Origin: an uncultured delta proteobacterium
GTDB taxonomy: Bacteria; Bdellovibrionota; FAC87; UBA2466
DNA length: 64,000 bases
Direction: 5' to 3'
NCBI GenBank assembly: GCA_963778115.1
Contig: CAVZSV010000004.1
Coordinates: 2,272,001-2,336,000, forward strand
Under the pieces are notes generated by a model that worked only from the letters and a program-made list of their open reading frames with translations, was not told the origin of the DNA and made no database searches. Both the position numbers and the translations under genes were made by a program. How positions within the stretch are numbered: the stretch's first letter is position 1; every line of letters starts with the position of its first letter. Of this stretch, positions 1 through 8,196 are shown in pieces.

Positions 1-2
1 CC

Positions 3-1322
3 GAAACCTCTCTCGCCTATGCGTATTACGCCCCTCTCTATCCTTTCACTTACGGTCTTTGGACCTCCGTCTTAGGCGTCGGACTGAAACAATCCATTCT
101 TTTCGATCATCTGATCAAAGGAGCGCGAAGTTTAATTATTTTTCTTTTTCTGGCTCCTTGGCTGATTCCTCGTCTGAATTACCATTCCTCCAAAGCGATT
201 GCCGTTCTACTGTCACTATTAACCCTGTCTTTCTTGCCCTATTACAACGATAGGCCAGACGAATTGGCGCTGGTCTTTGGCCTAATGAGTTGGCTTTTTA
301 TTTCAGGTCCCGAGCCTTTCGGGAAACACTTTACCTGGTCTGGCGTCTTTTTAGGCCTCTGTGCCGCCACTTCGCCCGTGGCGGCGATGTTATTTGGCAT
401 GGGCTCAATCTGCTATTTTTTAAGCAACCACTCCCCGTGGCGCACCATCGTTCCTAAGGCGATAGCGGTGGTTGCTGTATTTTCGCTTTGCATGCTTCCT
501 CTGGTTCTTCTGGACGGTACGGCTTGGTCGCGATTTTTCGCGGATTTACCCCTCTCCTTTTTTCCCACGAACACCTGTGCGCTTGGGAAATCTTGGATTC
601 AGCGTGCCGGCTTCGCTTTTCTGCCGCTGACCATGTTCCTGGCGATGACGTTATTGTTTCTTAGAAGAGTTCGTGGAGTATCAGGTCGAATATGGCAACC
701 CTATCTTGTCGCTTCCGCTCTGTACGCCGTTATTTCCACTTTCGTGTGGTCGGCCCAACCCCGTTATTTATGGTTTCCCTGTATCACTTCCTTTTTGGTG
801 ATGGCAGCTCTGTGGCTGGATGATTCGAGCGACGTCTCTTGGCTTAGTCGCAGAAATTCTCTCGTTTTCGCGGGATTAGCGATAGCTTTAATTCCAGGAA
901 TCTGTTTCGAAGCGAGATTTCTTGCCGAAGCCATGGAAAGGCCGGACGGAGAATCCGGCCGGGCGATTAGAGAAAAGGTCCTCTCTTATCTCGAACCTTC
1001 GGCTCGGCTTGCCGTACCCCCGGATCAATTTTTTACCTTTCGATCTGCTAAAGAGATCTCCATGACCTCTTATGTCTGCCCGTGGCTCGATCAATACGAC
1101 TATGTCTATATGACTCCGCACGACGATTCCAAAGAGGCCTCTTTACCGGTCATCTCACATTGCGAAGAACAAAAGCACTGCTTCACCGCTTTTAAAGACT
1201 TTAGAGATCCCAGGACGCTGACCGTTTTGGGCTATGAAACTTCGCATATGGTTTACGGCAATGGCGGTATTCTCTTTAAGAACACGAATTGCAGGGGAAG
1301 TTGGCATGCCCAAAACCCATAA
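3..1322 (+). CDS. Multi-pass membrane protein, GT-C (ArnT/PMT-like) glycosyltransferase-like; 5'-truncated by window edge
   Basis: Frame of ORF 234..1322 is open back to base 3 (ETSLAYAYYAPLYPFTYGLWTSVLGVGLKQSILFD) and aligns with the next gene; many hydrophobic segments; DRPDELA motif. Confidence 0.6.
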   Translation, partial: ETSLAYAYYAPLYPFTYGLWTSVLGVGLKQSILFDHLIKGARSLIIFLFLAPWLIPRLNYHSSKAIAVLLSLLTLSFLPYYNDRPDELALVFGLMSWLFISGPEPFGKHFTWSGVFLGLCAATSPVAAMLFGMGSICYFLSNHSPWRTIVPKAIAVVAVFSLCMLPLVLLDGTAWSRFFADLPLSFFPTNTCALGKSWIQRAGFAFLPLTMFLAMTLLFLRRVRGVSGRIWQPYLVASALYAVISTFVWSAQPRYLWFPCITSFLVMAALWLDDSSDVSWLSRRNSLVFAGLAIALIPGICFEARFLAEAMERPDGESGRAIREKVLSYLEPSARLAVPPDQFFTFRSAKEISMTSYVCPWLDQYDYVYMTPHDDSKEASLPVISHCEEQKHCFTAFKDFRDPRTLTVLGYETSHMVYGNGGILFKNTNCRGSWHAQNP

Positions 1323-2832
1323 AATTTTTTGGAGCATGCTCGTCATCGTCTGGCTCGGGTTGCAAGCCTTCACGGTAATGTCTGAGGCGAAGCTTCCCTC
1401 TACCGACGTCTTCTTGTTCAAAGAAGCCGGAATCAATTTTGCCTTGCATGGCAAGCTCGCCGCAAAGAACTTGCCCAATATGCCAGCCGATCAGGAACTG
1501 GTATTTTCCTACTACCCACCTGCATATCCTTTTTGTTTTGGCGTATGGACTAAGTTTGTCGGTATTGGTCTCAAACAGTCGCTGGCCTTTGATACTTTAC
1601 TTCGAATTTTGCGGACCCTGCTAATGGGACTTTTCTTTTTGCCTTGGTTCCGCGGGACTCCAAAGAGCCGTTGGCTTTTAGTAGGATCTTTATTTTTAGT
1701 GAGTTTCCTATCCAGCGACGGAGATCGCCCCGACGAACTGGCGATGGTCTGGGGATGGGCGGCTTGGCTGTCCATTCGAGAGGCCAGGCGGTGGATCGCT
1801 TTTGGTTTGGGGGGAATCCTCCTTGGCCTTTGTGCCGCGACCTCTCCTGCCGCGGGAGTGTTTTTCGTCATGGGCGCTTTGGCAGTAGGTTTCTACAGCG
1901 GGGTATGGGAACTTTTTGAAGCTTTTTTATCGGCGGTTGTCGCTGGTTTCACCTTTATCTTGTGTAATCTGCCAATCTATCTGAGCGATAGATTGGCGTA
2001 CTCGAGATTTTCAAAACAGGTTCCGCTCTCTACCTTTCCGTATCTAGTCGCCTGGAAAGAGCACCGAGGATTTGCCGGAGTGGCGCAAAGTTTTTTCACC
2101 GAGATGAAGCATCCCTTCATCGTGGCGGGCCCCCTTCTATTCTTCGTGGGATTTCTTACGATTACGATGGCAGTAGTATTAGTTCGTTTAGGTAAGCGAA
2201 TGGCCCCGCCGCTAAGAGCCCTGCTCGTCAGCTCCTTTCTCTATGTTGTTCTTTGCGTCCTTGTCTGGACGTTGCAACCGAACTATTTGTGGTTTTGCGG
2301 TCTTTGTTTCCTTGGCCTTTTTCTTTCGGCGATGGGAAGTCACGAAAGATTCGGACAGGCTATCTCGGCCCTTGTCGTGATGATTGCGTTGGGCCCGTTA
2401 CTTCTACGAGAGGTTAAGAGCTATTCGGGAGCTTTAGAGAGACAGAACGGCGACCTGTCAGAGACGATTCGATCAGAAGTTATGCCGATTGTCGGAATGG
2501 ATTCGAAATTTGCGGTCACTCACGATCAGTATTTTACTTTTCGTGGTGATCGCGAAGTGGAAAATATCCAGTACGTTTGCAGGCGATTAAACGAATACGA
2601 TTTTGTGTATGTCACGCGCTACAACTCCGCTAGCCTTTCCGATCCCAAGCCCTATCACATTCCTTGCGACGGAAATACCGGTTGCTTCACGGTGAAGTTG
2701 GATCTTAGCCAAGCGCATCGCTATCATTTGCTGGGATACGCAGCGCCCTATGTAGTCAAAGGAAGCTCCGGCATCCTTTATGAAAATACTGCCTGCCCTC
2801 ATCCCACTCGTGCCCTTTCCATGAATCCTTAG
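1306..2832 (+). CDS. Multi-pass membrane protein, GT-C-like; paralog of upstream gene
   Basis: Shares YY.P.YPF, GLKQS, DRPDELA, LCAATSP, DQ.FTFR, YVC, NT.C with upstream gene; ATG at 1306 follows GGGGAAG. Confidence 0.6.
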   Translation: MPKTHKIFWSMLVIVWLGLQAFTVMSEAKLPSTDVFLFKEAGINFALHGKLAAKNLPNMPADQELVFSYYPPAYPFCFGVWTKFVGIGLKQSLAFDTLLRILRTLLMGLFFLPWFRGTPKSRWLLVGSLFLVSFLSSDGDRPDELAMVWGWAAWLSIREARRWIAFGLGGILLGLCAATSPAAGVFFVMGALAVGFYSGVWELFEAFLSAVVAGFTFILCNLPIYLSDRLAYSRFSKQVPLSTFPYLVAWKEHRGFAGVAQSFFTEMKHPFIVAGPLLFFVGFLTITMAVVLVRLGKRMAPPLRALLVSSFLYVVLCVLVWTLQPNYLWFCGLCFLGLFLSAMGSHERFGQAISALVVMIALGPLLLREVKSYSGALERQNGDLSETIRSEVMPIVGMDSKFAVTHDQYFTFRGDREVENIQYVCRRLNEYDFVYVTRYNSASLSDPKPYHIPCDGNTGCFTVKLDLSQAHRYHLLGYAAPYVVKGSSGILYENTACPHPTRALSMNP

Positions 2833-2888
2833 GCAAAGTGCCAGCAATCCATTTGGCCGTCTCCCAAACTTCGTGGTAGATCCCCATC

Positions 2889-3539
2889 ATGAGCCACGTA
2901 ATTTTGCATCAGTTTCCTCATAGCCATTTTTGTATCCGTATTCGCTGGGCGCTAGCGATGAAGGGGATCCCCTTTGAGACGCGTAACTACATGCCCTCCT
3001 CCATCGATGAGGTGGAGAAATTGTCGGGAGGATGGAGAATGGTTCCGGTTCTCCAATGGGAGAACGAGTTTATTACCGATTCTCCTCGCATCGCGCGTTT
3101 CATTGAGTCTAAGAAGGACAGCCCCCCTCTTTATCCGGGCGACGCCACGGCTGCGCTGTGCGACATGATAAATGGCTGGGTAGATACCAAAGTCATGACG
3201 AGTGCCGCGCGTTTTTTGGTGGGGGATCTATTGCGTTTTATGCCTAAAGATGAAGATCGCAAACGCTACCGTGCGCGGTTTGAAACAGCACACGGAATGG
3301 CCCCGGAAGCGGCGGTGGCAAAGCGTGCGGAGTATGCGAAGGAATTAGAAAGTCATTGGAGCCTGATAGAAGCTCAATTGCAAAACCAAAGTTACTTGTT
3401 AGGAGAAAAGCTTTCTTACGCCGATTTAGGAGTCGCTTCACGGCTGAGATTGATGGAGATGGTTGGCGGTTACGCAGTGCCGGGGCAGTTTCATCGAATG
3501 AGAGAGTGGTATCGCGGCATTCGCTCGATTGCGGATTAG
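2889..3539 (+). CDS. Glutathione S-transferase family protein
   Basis: N-terminal SHFC, VPVL and DS motifs; C-terminal YLLGEKLSYADL. Confidence 0.9.
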   Translation: MSHVILHQFPHSHFCIRIRWALAMKGIPFETRNYMPSSIDEVEKLSGGWRMVPVLQWENEFITDSPRIARFIESKKDSPPLYPGDATAALCDMINGWVDTKVMTSAARFLVGDLLRFMPKDEDRKRYRARFETAHGMAPEAAVAKRAEYAKELESHWSLIEAQLQNQSYLLGEKLSYADLGVASRLRLMEMVGGYAVPGQFHRMREWYRGIRSIAD

Positions 3540-3634
3540 CTTAGCTGTCGCTTGGCATATTGCGAGGCCGTAAGGTTGAAATGTTTTGAGTCGTCGTCTC
3601 CTTGACTTACCCCTTGACTCCCTTTCCCGTTTAC

Positions 3635-3670
3635 CGAGGGATCCGAAAGGGCGACGCGGCAATCTGTAGA
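3635..3670. repeat. REP-like dispersed palindromic element remnant
   Basis: AAGGGCGACGCGGCAATCTGTAGA (3647-3670) matches 53062-53085 at 23/24 nt. Confidence 0.6.
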
Positions 3671-3749
3671 AAGTGGCCTACTTGCCAACCTCATTTGCCT
3701 AAGGCATCCTTTCCCATCATTTTCTAATCGTGATTCGGAGGATTTTTCC

Positions 3750-4409
3750 ATGAAGTATGATTCATTCATTCGCATCGTTGTCGCAAGTACCTTTGGGGCT
3801 TTAGCTTGCCTCAGCGCGTTGGCCACGGGTGCTGAATGGCAAATTGATCCGGCGCATTCGAACGTCGGATTTAAAGTTCGCCATATGATGATTTCCAATG
3901 TGGAAGGCACGTTCAGCGATATCTCTGGAACCTTCGATATTCCCGAAAAGGACGTCACTAAACTCAAAGCCGAAGCGACCATCGGAGTAAATTCCATTTC
4001 AACGAATCAGGAAAAACGAGATGCCCATTTAAAGAGCCCTGATTTTTTTGATGTCACAAAGTTTCCCACTATTACGTTTAAATCTACGAAGGTCGCCAAG
4101 AAGGCGAAAGGAAAACTCGAGATCGACGGCAAGCTCACGATGCACGGAGTGACGAAAGACGTAAAACTCGACGTAGATGAACTGACTCCTCCTATTAAAG
4201 ATATGTCGGGAGGTCTCAAACGTGGCATGGAGGCCAGTACTAAAATTAGTCGGAAGGATTTTGGGCTGACCTGGAACAAGGCACTTGAAACTGGTGGCGT
4301 CGCCGTCGGCGATGAAGTGAAGGTGACGTTGAACTTGGAATTGGGCGAAGTAAAAGCGAAGACCACCGGGGATGACAAAAAGGCAGAAGAGGCCAAGCCA
4401 AAAAGTTAG
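3750..4409 (+). CDS. yceI: YceI family polyisoprenoid-binding periplasmic protein
   Basis: Signal peptide; WQIDPAHS, RDAHLKSPDFF, GKLTMHGVTK, RKDFG motifs. Confidence 0.93.
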   Translation: MKYDSFIRIVVASTFGALACLSALATGAEWQIDPAHSNVGFKVRHMMISNVEGTFSDISGTFDIPEKDVTKLKAEATIGVNSISTNQEKRDAHLKSPDFFDVTKFPTITFKSTKVAKKAKGKLEIDGKLTMHGVTKDVKLDVDELTPPIKDMSGGLKRGMEASTKISRKDFGLTWNKALETGGVAVGDEVKVTLNLELGEVKAKTTGDDKKAEEAKPKS

Positions 4410-4416
4410 AGGTCTT

Positions 4417-4494
4417 GTTGTCTCGAGGCCCGCAGAGGAAAGATAAGGGGACTTAACGCGCTCTTTATCTCAACTCCCCGGGCCTCGCGATAAC
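4417..4494. repeat. Long imperfect inverted repeat between convergent genes (REP-like or terminator)
   Basis: GTTGTCTCGAGGCCCG pairs with CGGGCCTCGCGATAAC; inner AGATAAGGGG pairs with CTCTTTATCT. Confidence 0.65.
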
Positions 4495-4508
4495 GAAACG
4501 ACTTTCTC

Positions 4509-5795
4509 TTAATGAACCCACACCCTCTCGCCTTCCACTTCGCGGATGGCCGCCTGAAATAGTTGCTTCGGCGAGACATTGTTAATCCGAGTATAGGTAG
4601 GCAAATAGTTTTCCGTATGGCCCAGCCACACGCCTTCCCTCTTTTCCGAGGGGCGTTCGAGGACTACCTCTTTGGCTTTGCCCATTTGCGAGTTTAAAAA
4701 CTGTTGGTATCGATGGTGGCTGAGATCTCTCAAGCGAGCTGAGCGTTCGGTGATGACTAATGGTTTCAAATGCCCGTCTAACTTTTCGGCTTGAGTCCCC
4801 GCACGCAACGAGAACGAAAAGACATGTAGTTTGGTCCACTGAGACGTTTCCAAAATTCGAACCGTCTCTTCAAAGGCCTCTTCCGTTTCGCCAGGGAAGC
4901 CCACAATAACGTCAACGCCGATAAAAGTATCGGGATTACACTCATGAATTTTCCGGGTGGCCTCAACAAACTCTTGGGACTTATAAATGCGGCGCATGCG
5001 CTTTAGGACTTCGTCGGATCCACTTTGAAGAGCAATGTGAAAATGCGGGCAGAGCCTTTTTTCCGTAGATAACATATGGAGCAAGTCGTCGGGAATTTCA
5101 AAGGGATCTAAAGTGCTAATCCTAATCCGAGGCCCTTCGGATTCAGCAAAGATCTGCCGCAGTAACTCCCACAAGCTCGTATTGAGATCCCACCCGTAAT
5201 GGGCCAAATGAATGCCGGTGAGTATAACTTCGTTAAAGCCTTGGGCATACGCTTCACGAATTTGTCTTAGAATCAATTCGGGTTTGAGACTTCGACTTCG
5301 GCCGCGGGCTTGAGGAATGATACAAAAGCTGCAACTGAAATTGCAGCCGTCTTGAATCTTAATGGATGCGCGCGCGTAACGAGATCCGCGAAAAGTCTCT
5401 GGCAAAAATCCGGTGGTAGGTCGCACCTGATCGCGTTCGAGCGTTTTTCCCTTTTGGACTTCCGAGAGCGTCTCCAAAATGGAGAGCTTGTTGGCTGTTC
5501 CTAAAACAAAATCAACGTCAGAAATAGCCAAGAGTTCTTCTTTAGCGACCTGAGCATAGCAGCCGATGACTCCGACCAGAGCTTTAGGGTTCAATCTCTT
5601 GTACCTTGAGACTTGGAAACGGGCGTCCCGATCCGCGTGGCTCGTGACGGTGCAACTATTGATGACGTAAGCATCGGCCCACTGATCTTCATCTACAATT
5701 TCGTGCCCTCGTCGGCGCGCTTCCAAGTAAAGAGCATCGGTATCCACACTATTGGCTTTGCAGCCGAAAGTTTTAAAGGCGATCTTCATGCTCAA
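4509..5795 (-). CDS. mtaB: tRNA t6A37 methylthiotransferase (radical SAM)
   Basis: TFGCKAN, INSCTVT, GCYAQ N-terminal domain; KIQDGCNFSCSFCIIP radical SAM motif; alternative ATG at 5789. Confidence 0.93.
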   Translation of the reverse strand: MSMKIAFKTFGCKANSVDTDALYLEARRRGHEIVDEDQWADAYVINSCTVTSHADRDARFQVSRYKRLNPKALVGVIGCYAQVAKEELLAISDVDFVLGTANKLSILETLSEVQKGKTLERDQVRPTTGFLPETFRGSRYARASIKIQDGCNFSCSFCIIPQARGRSRSLKPELILRQIREAYAQGFNEVILTGIHLAHYGWDLNTSLWELLRQIFAESEGPRIRISTLDPFEIPDDLLHMLSTEKRLCPHFHIALQSGSDEVLKRMRRIYKSQEFVEATRKIHECNPDTFIGVDVIVGFPGETEEAFEETVRILETSQWTKLHVFSFSLRAGTQAEKLDGHLKPLVITERSARLRDLSHHRYQQFLNSQMGKAKEVVLERPSEKREGVWLGHTENYLPTYTRINNVSPKQLFQAAIREVEGERVWVH

Positions 5796-6913
5796 GCTAC
5801 CGTTTCAATCCAGCCGCCGCCTATCAAACTATCTTCTCGGTAAAGCACGAGCGCTTGGCCGGGAGTGATAGCACGCTGAGGTTCGGTGAAGTGAATTTCC
5901 ACTCGCCTGTCGATCATGGGGTACACGACGACCGGGCTCTCTTTAGCGCGATAACGAATCTTGGCGTTAAACCCCTGAGGTTTATCCAGCTCCGGAGTGC
6001 CCACCCAGTTCATTTGGGCGACGGTACAACTTTTCTTGTAAAGCAAGACTTCAGGTCCTACGACGACTTCGCTGCGTTCTTGGCTCATGCCCACGACATA
6101 GAGGGGCTCTTTCCCCTGGACGCCCACCCCTTTACGCTGACCTAAAGTGAAGTGGTGAATGCCGGGATGTTCGCCCACCGCATTTCCCAAAGGATCCACA
6201 ATGAGTCCGGGCTTTAGCATAGAGGGAGGCACTCGCTCCTCAATAAATTGCCTATAGCTTTTATCTTGAACGAAACAGATCTCTTGGCTGTCGGGTTTGT
6301 CGGCGACGGCAAGACCCAACTCACGGGCCAGTTCCCTCACCTCTTTTTTCTCAAAGCCACCTACGGGAAATAGCGTTCTTCCTAAATCCTTTTGCCGCAT
6401 CGTGAACAGAAAATAGGACTGATCTTTAGCCGGATCTTTTCCTTTGCAGAGTTCGTATTCGTTGAGATCGGCATTGAAGCGAATATTGGCGTAATGGCCC
6501 GTCGCCAAATAGTCAGCCCCTAGATCCATCGCCCACTCCATCAAACGACTAAACTTCACTTTTTCATTGCAGCGTACGCAGGGGTTGGGAGTTCTTCCGT
6601 TAAGATATTCGTGGACGAAATCGTCGATGACCGATTCATTGAACTCTGTTTCCATGTTTTTCACATAGAACGGGATCTCTAACTTCTCCGCTACTCGGCG
6701 TGCGTCGGAAATATCGCTCAAAGAACAGCACGTACCAAACTTGTTTTCGAACTTAGCCGCGTAATCATGGAGTTGAAGGGAGATTCCTATGACTTGATAC
6801 CCCATGCGTTTTAGCCAACCTGCGGCCGCGGAGCTATCTACACCCCCACTCATGGCGACAACGACTTTGGCCCCTTTCTTGGGCATCAGCGGATTGTGAG
6901 AGAGAACAGGCAC
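5792..6913 (-). CDS. mnmA: tRNA-specific 2-thiouridylase
   Basis: SGGVDS PP-loop, TPNPCVRCN, ATGHY, KDQSYFL, DSQEICF, TPGQ. Confidence 0.97.
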   Translation of the reverse strand: MPVLSHNPLMPKKGAKVVVAMSGGVDSSAAAGWLKRMGYQVIGISLQLHDYAAKFENKFGTCCSLSDISDARRVAEKLEIPFYVKNMETEFNESVIDDFVHEYLNGRTPNPCVRCNEKVKFSRLMEWAMDLGADYLATGHYANIRFNADLNEYELCKGKDPAKDQSYFLFTMRQKDLGRTLFPVGGFEKKEVRELARELGLAVADKPDSQEICFVQDKSYRQFIEERVPPSMLKPGLIVDPLGNAVGEHPGIHHFTLGQRKGVGVQGKEPLYVVGMSQERSEVVVGPEVLLYKKSCTVAQMNWVGTPELDKPQGFNAKIRYRAKESPVVVYPMIDRRVEIHFTEPQRAITPGQALVLYREDSLIGGGWIETVA

Positions 6914-6976
6914 GATAGATCCTTAATTCCTTACTGTCCGGCGCGGTTCCTACGGTCTTAGTATCTCAGTACAAGC

Positions 6977-8122
6977 TTAGATGGCCTGGCGTCTAGCGCG
7001 GATACGTTTTACGTGGCTTATCACAAGGCTGGCAACGGTGTCGATCTCAGCTTCCGTGGAAGGGCGACCCCAGCTAATGCGCACACACTCGCGGGCTTCG
7101 GCCGTGGATAATCCCATCTCGGTAAGTACATGGCTGGGAGTCAGGGAGCCCGAAGCGCAGGCGGATCCCGCCGATACGGCAACCCCATCAAGATCGAGGG
7201 CGGTCAAAAGAGCATCGGCCGCGACAGCACAAAATCTAACGCTCGAGGTGTTGGGAAGACGCGGAGCGTTTTCCCCTTGGATCCAGACCTCTCCCAGCTC
7301 GTTTTTGAGTCGAGCTTCGAACTGGTCTCTTAAAATTTTGATTCGATTCCACTCAGTTACGTCGGGTAATTCATTGCAAGCTCCTGCAAATCCTGCAATG
7401 CCTAGGGCATTTTCGGTTCCCCCCCGCCGCTTTGTTTCCTGGCTTCCCCCGTAGTGGAGAGAGACCAAGGGCCATTTTATTGAAGCCAAAAGTGCACCAC
7501 ACCCCTTAGGGCCATGAATTTTGTGAGCACTTATCGAAACCATATCGGCCCCATTCCAGAAAGAAGGGGTTATCTTGCCGAAGGCCTGAACGCTATCGGT
7601 ATGAAAGGGGATGCCGGCTTGGCTACAAATCTTAGCCAACTCGGGGATGGGAAACAGAACCCCCGTCTCGTTGTTGGCGGTCATAAAGGTAACCAAGTGG
7701 GGATGGAAAGATTTGAGCTTCGCTTCGAAATCTTCCTTATCCAGTTCGCCGGTCTTAAGAACCCGGACCTTTTCGACTTTGGCCCCCTGCGTTTCCAAGA
7801 AGCAAAACGTTCCTTTGACCGAGGAGTGCTCCACACCGGACGTAAGAATCCTAAAAGGCCGCTCTTTATTTGCCCAAAAGCTCCCTATCAAAGCCATCGT
7901 ATTAGACTCGGCCCCGCCAGAAGTGAAGACAATGTCTTCGGCCGCTCTTCCGGTCTTGGAAGCCACCGCGTTTCGGAAACTGGCCAATAATTCTGAGGCC
8001 TTGCGCCCGAGCGCGTGGGTCGAAGAGGGGTTGCCCCAATGGGTTAATATCTTTTCCATCTCGTTTTGCGCGCCACGTCCGAGCGGAGTGGTAGCGTTGT
8101 AGTCAGCACAGATCATAAGCAC
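6977..8122 (-). CDS. iscS: Cysteine desulfurase, IscS/NifS family
   Basis: DYNATTP, GNPSS, NNETG, HTD, SAHKIHGPKG (PLP lysine), SAGSAC (catalytic Cys). Confidence 0.9.
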   Translation of the reverse strand: MLMICADYNATTPLGRGAQNEMEKILTHWGNPSSTHALGRKASELLASFRNAVASKTGRAAEDIVFTSGGAESNTMALIGSFWANKERPFRILTSGVEHSSVKGTFCFLETQGAKVEKVRVLKTGELDKEDFEAKLKSFHPHLVTFMTANNETGVLFPIPELAKICSQAGIPFHTDSVQAFGKITPSFWNGADMVSISAHKIHGPKGCGALLASIKWPLVSLHYGGSQETKRRGGTENALGIAGFAGACNELPDVTEWNRIKILRDQFEARLKNELGEVWIQGENAPRLPNTSSVRFCAVAADALLTALDLDGVAVSAGSACASGSLTPSHVLTEMGLSTAEARECVRISWGRPSTEAEIDTVASLVISHVKRIRARRQAI

Positions 8123-8196
8123 CTAATTTACCCCAATAAATGACGACAAGGAAAGCTCTGGTTCAAGTTAACCCTTTGTGAAAGAATGCGGCCGTT

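Noticed and set aside
59..253. 64-aa ORF at window start
   Set aside because: Out-of-frame shadow of the truncated membrane gene, whose true frame is open from base 3
4417..4494. Hairpin as 6S RNA or SRP RNA
   Set aside because: Too short for 6S and lacks the conserved SRP domain IV loop sequence
6981..8102. Long antisense ORFs over iscS (likewise over yceI, tyrS, nadC, tlpA, 41685-42263 and 59672-60160)
   Set aside because: Fully overlap well-supported genes, show no recognisable motifs, and are expected shadows of codon bias
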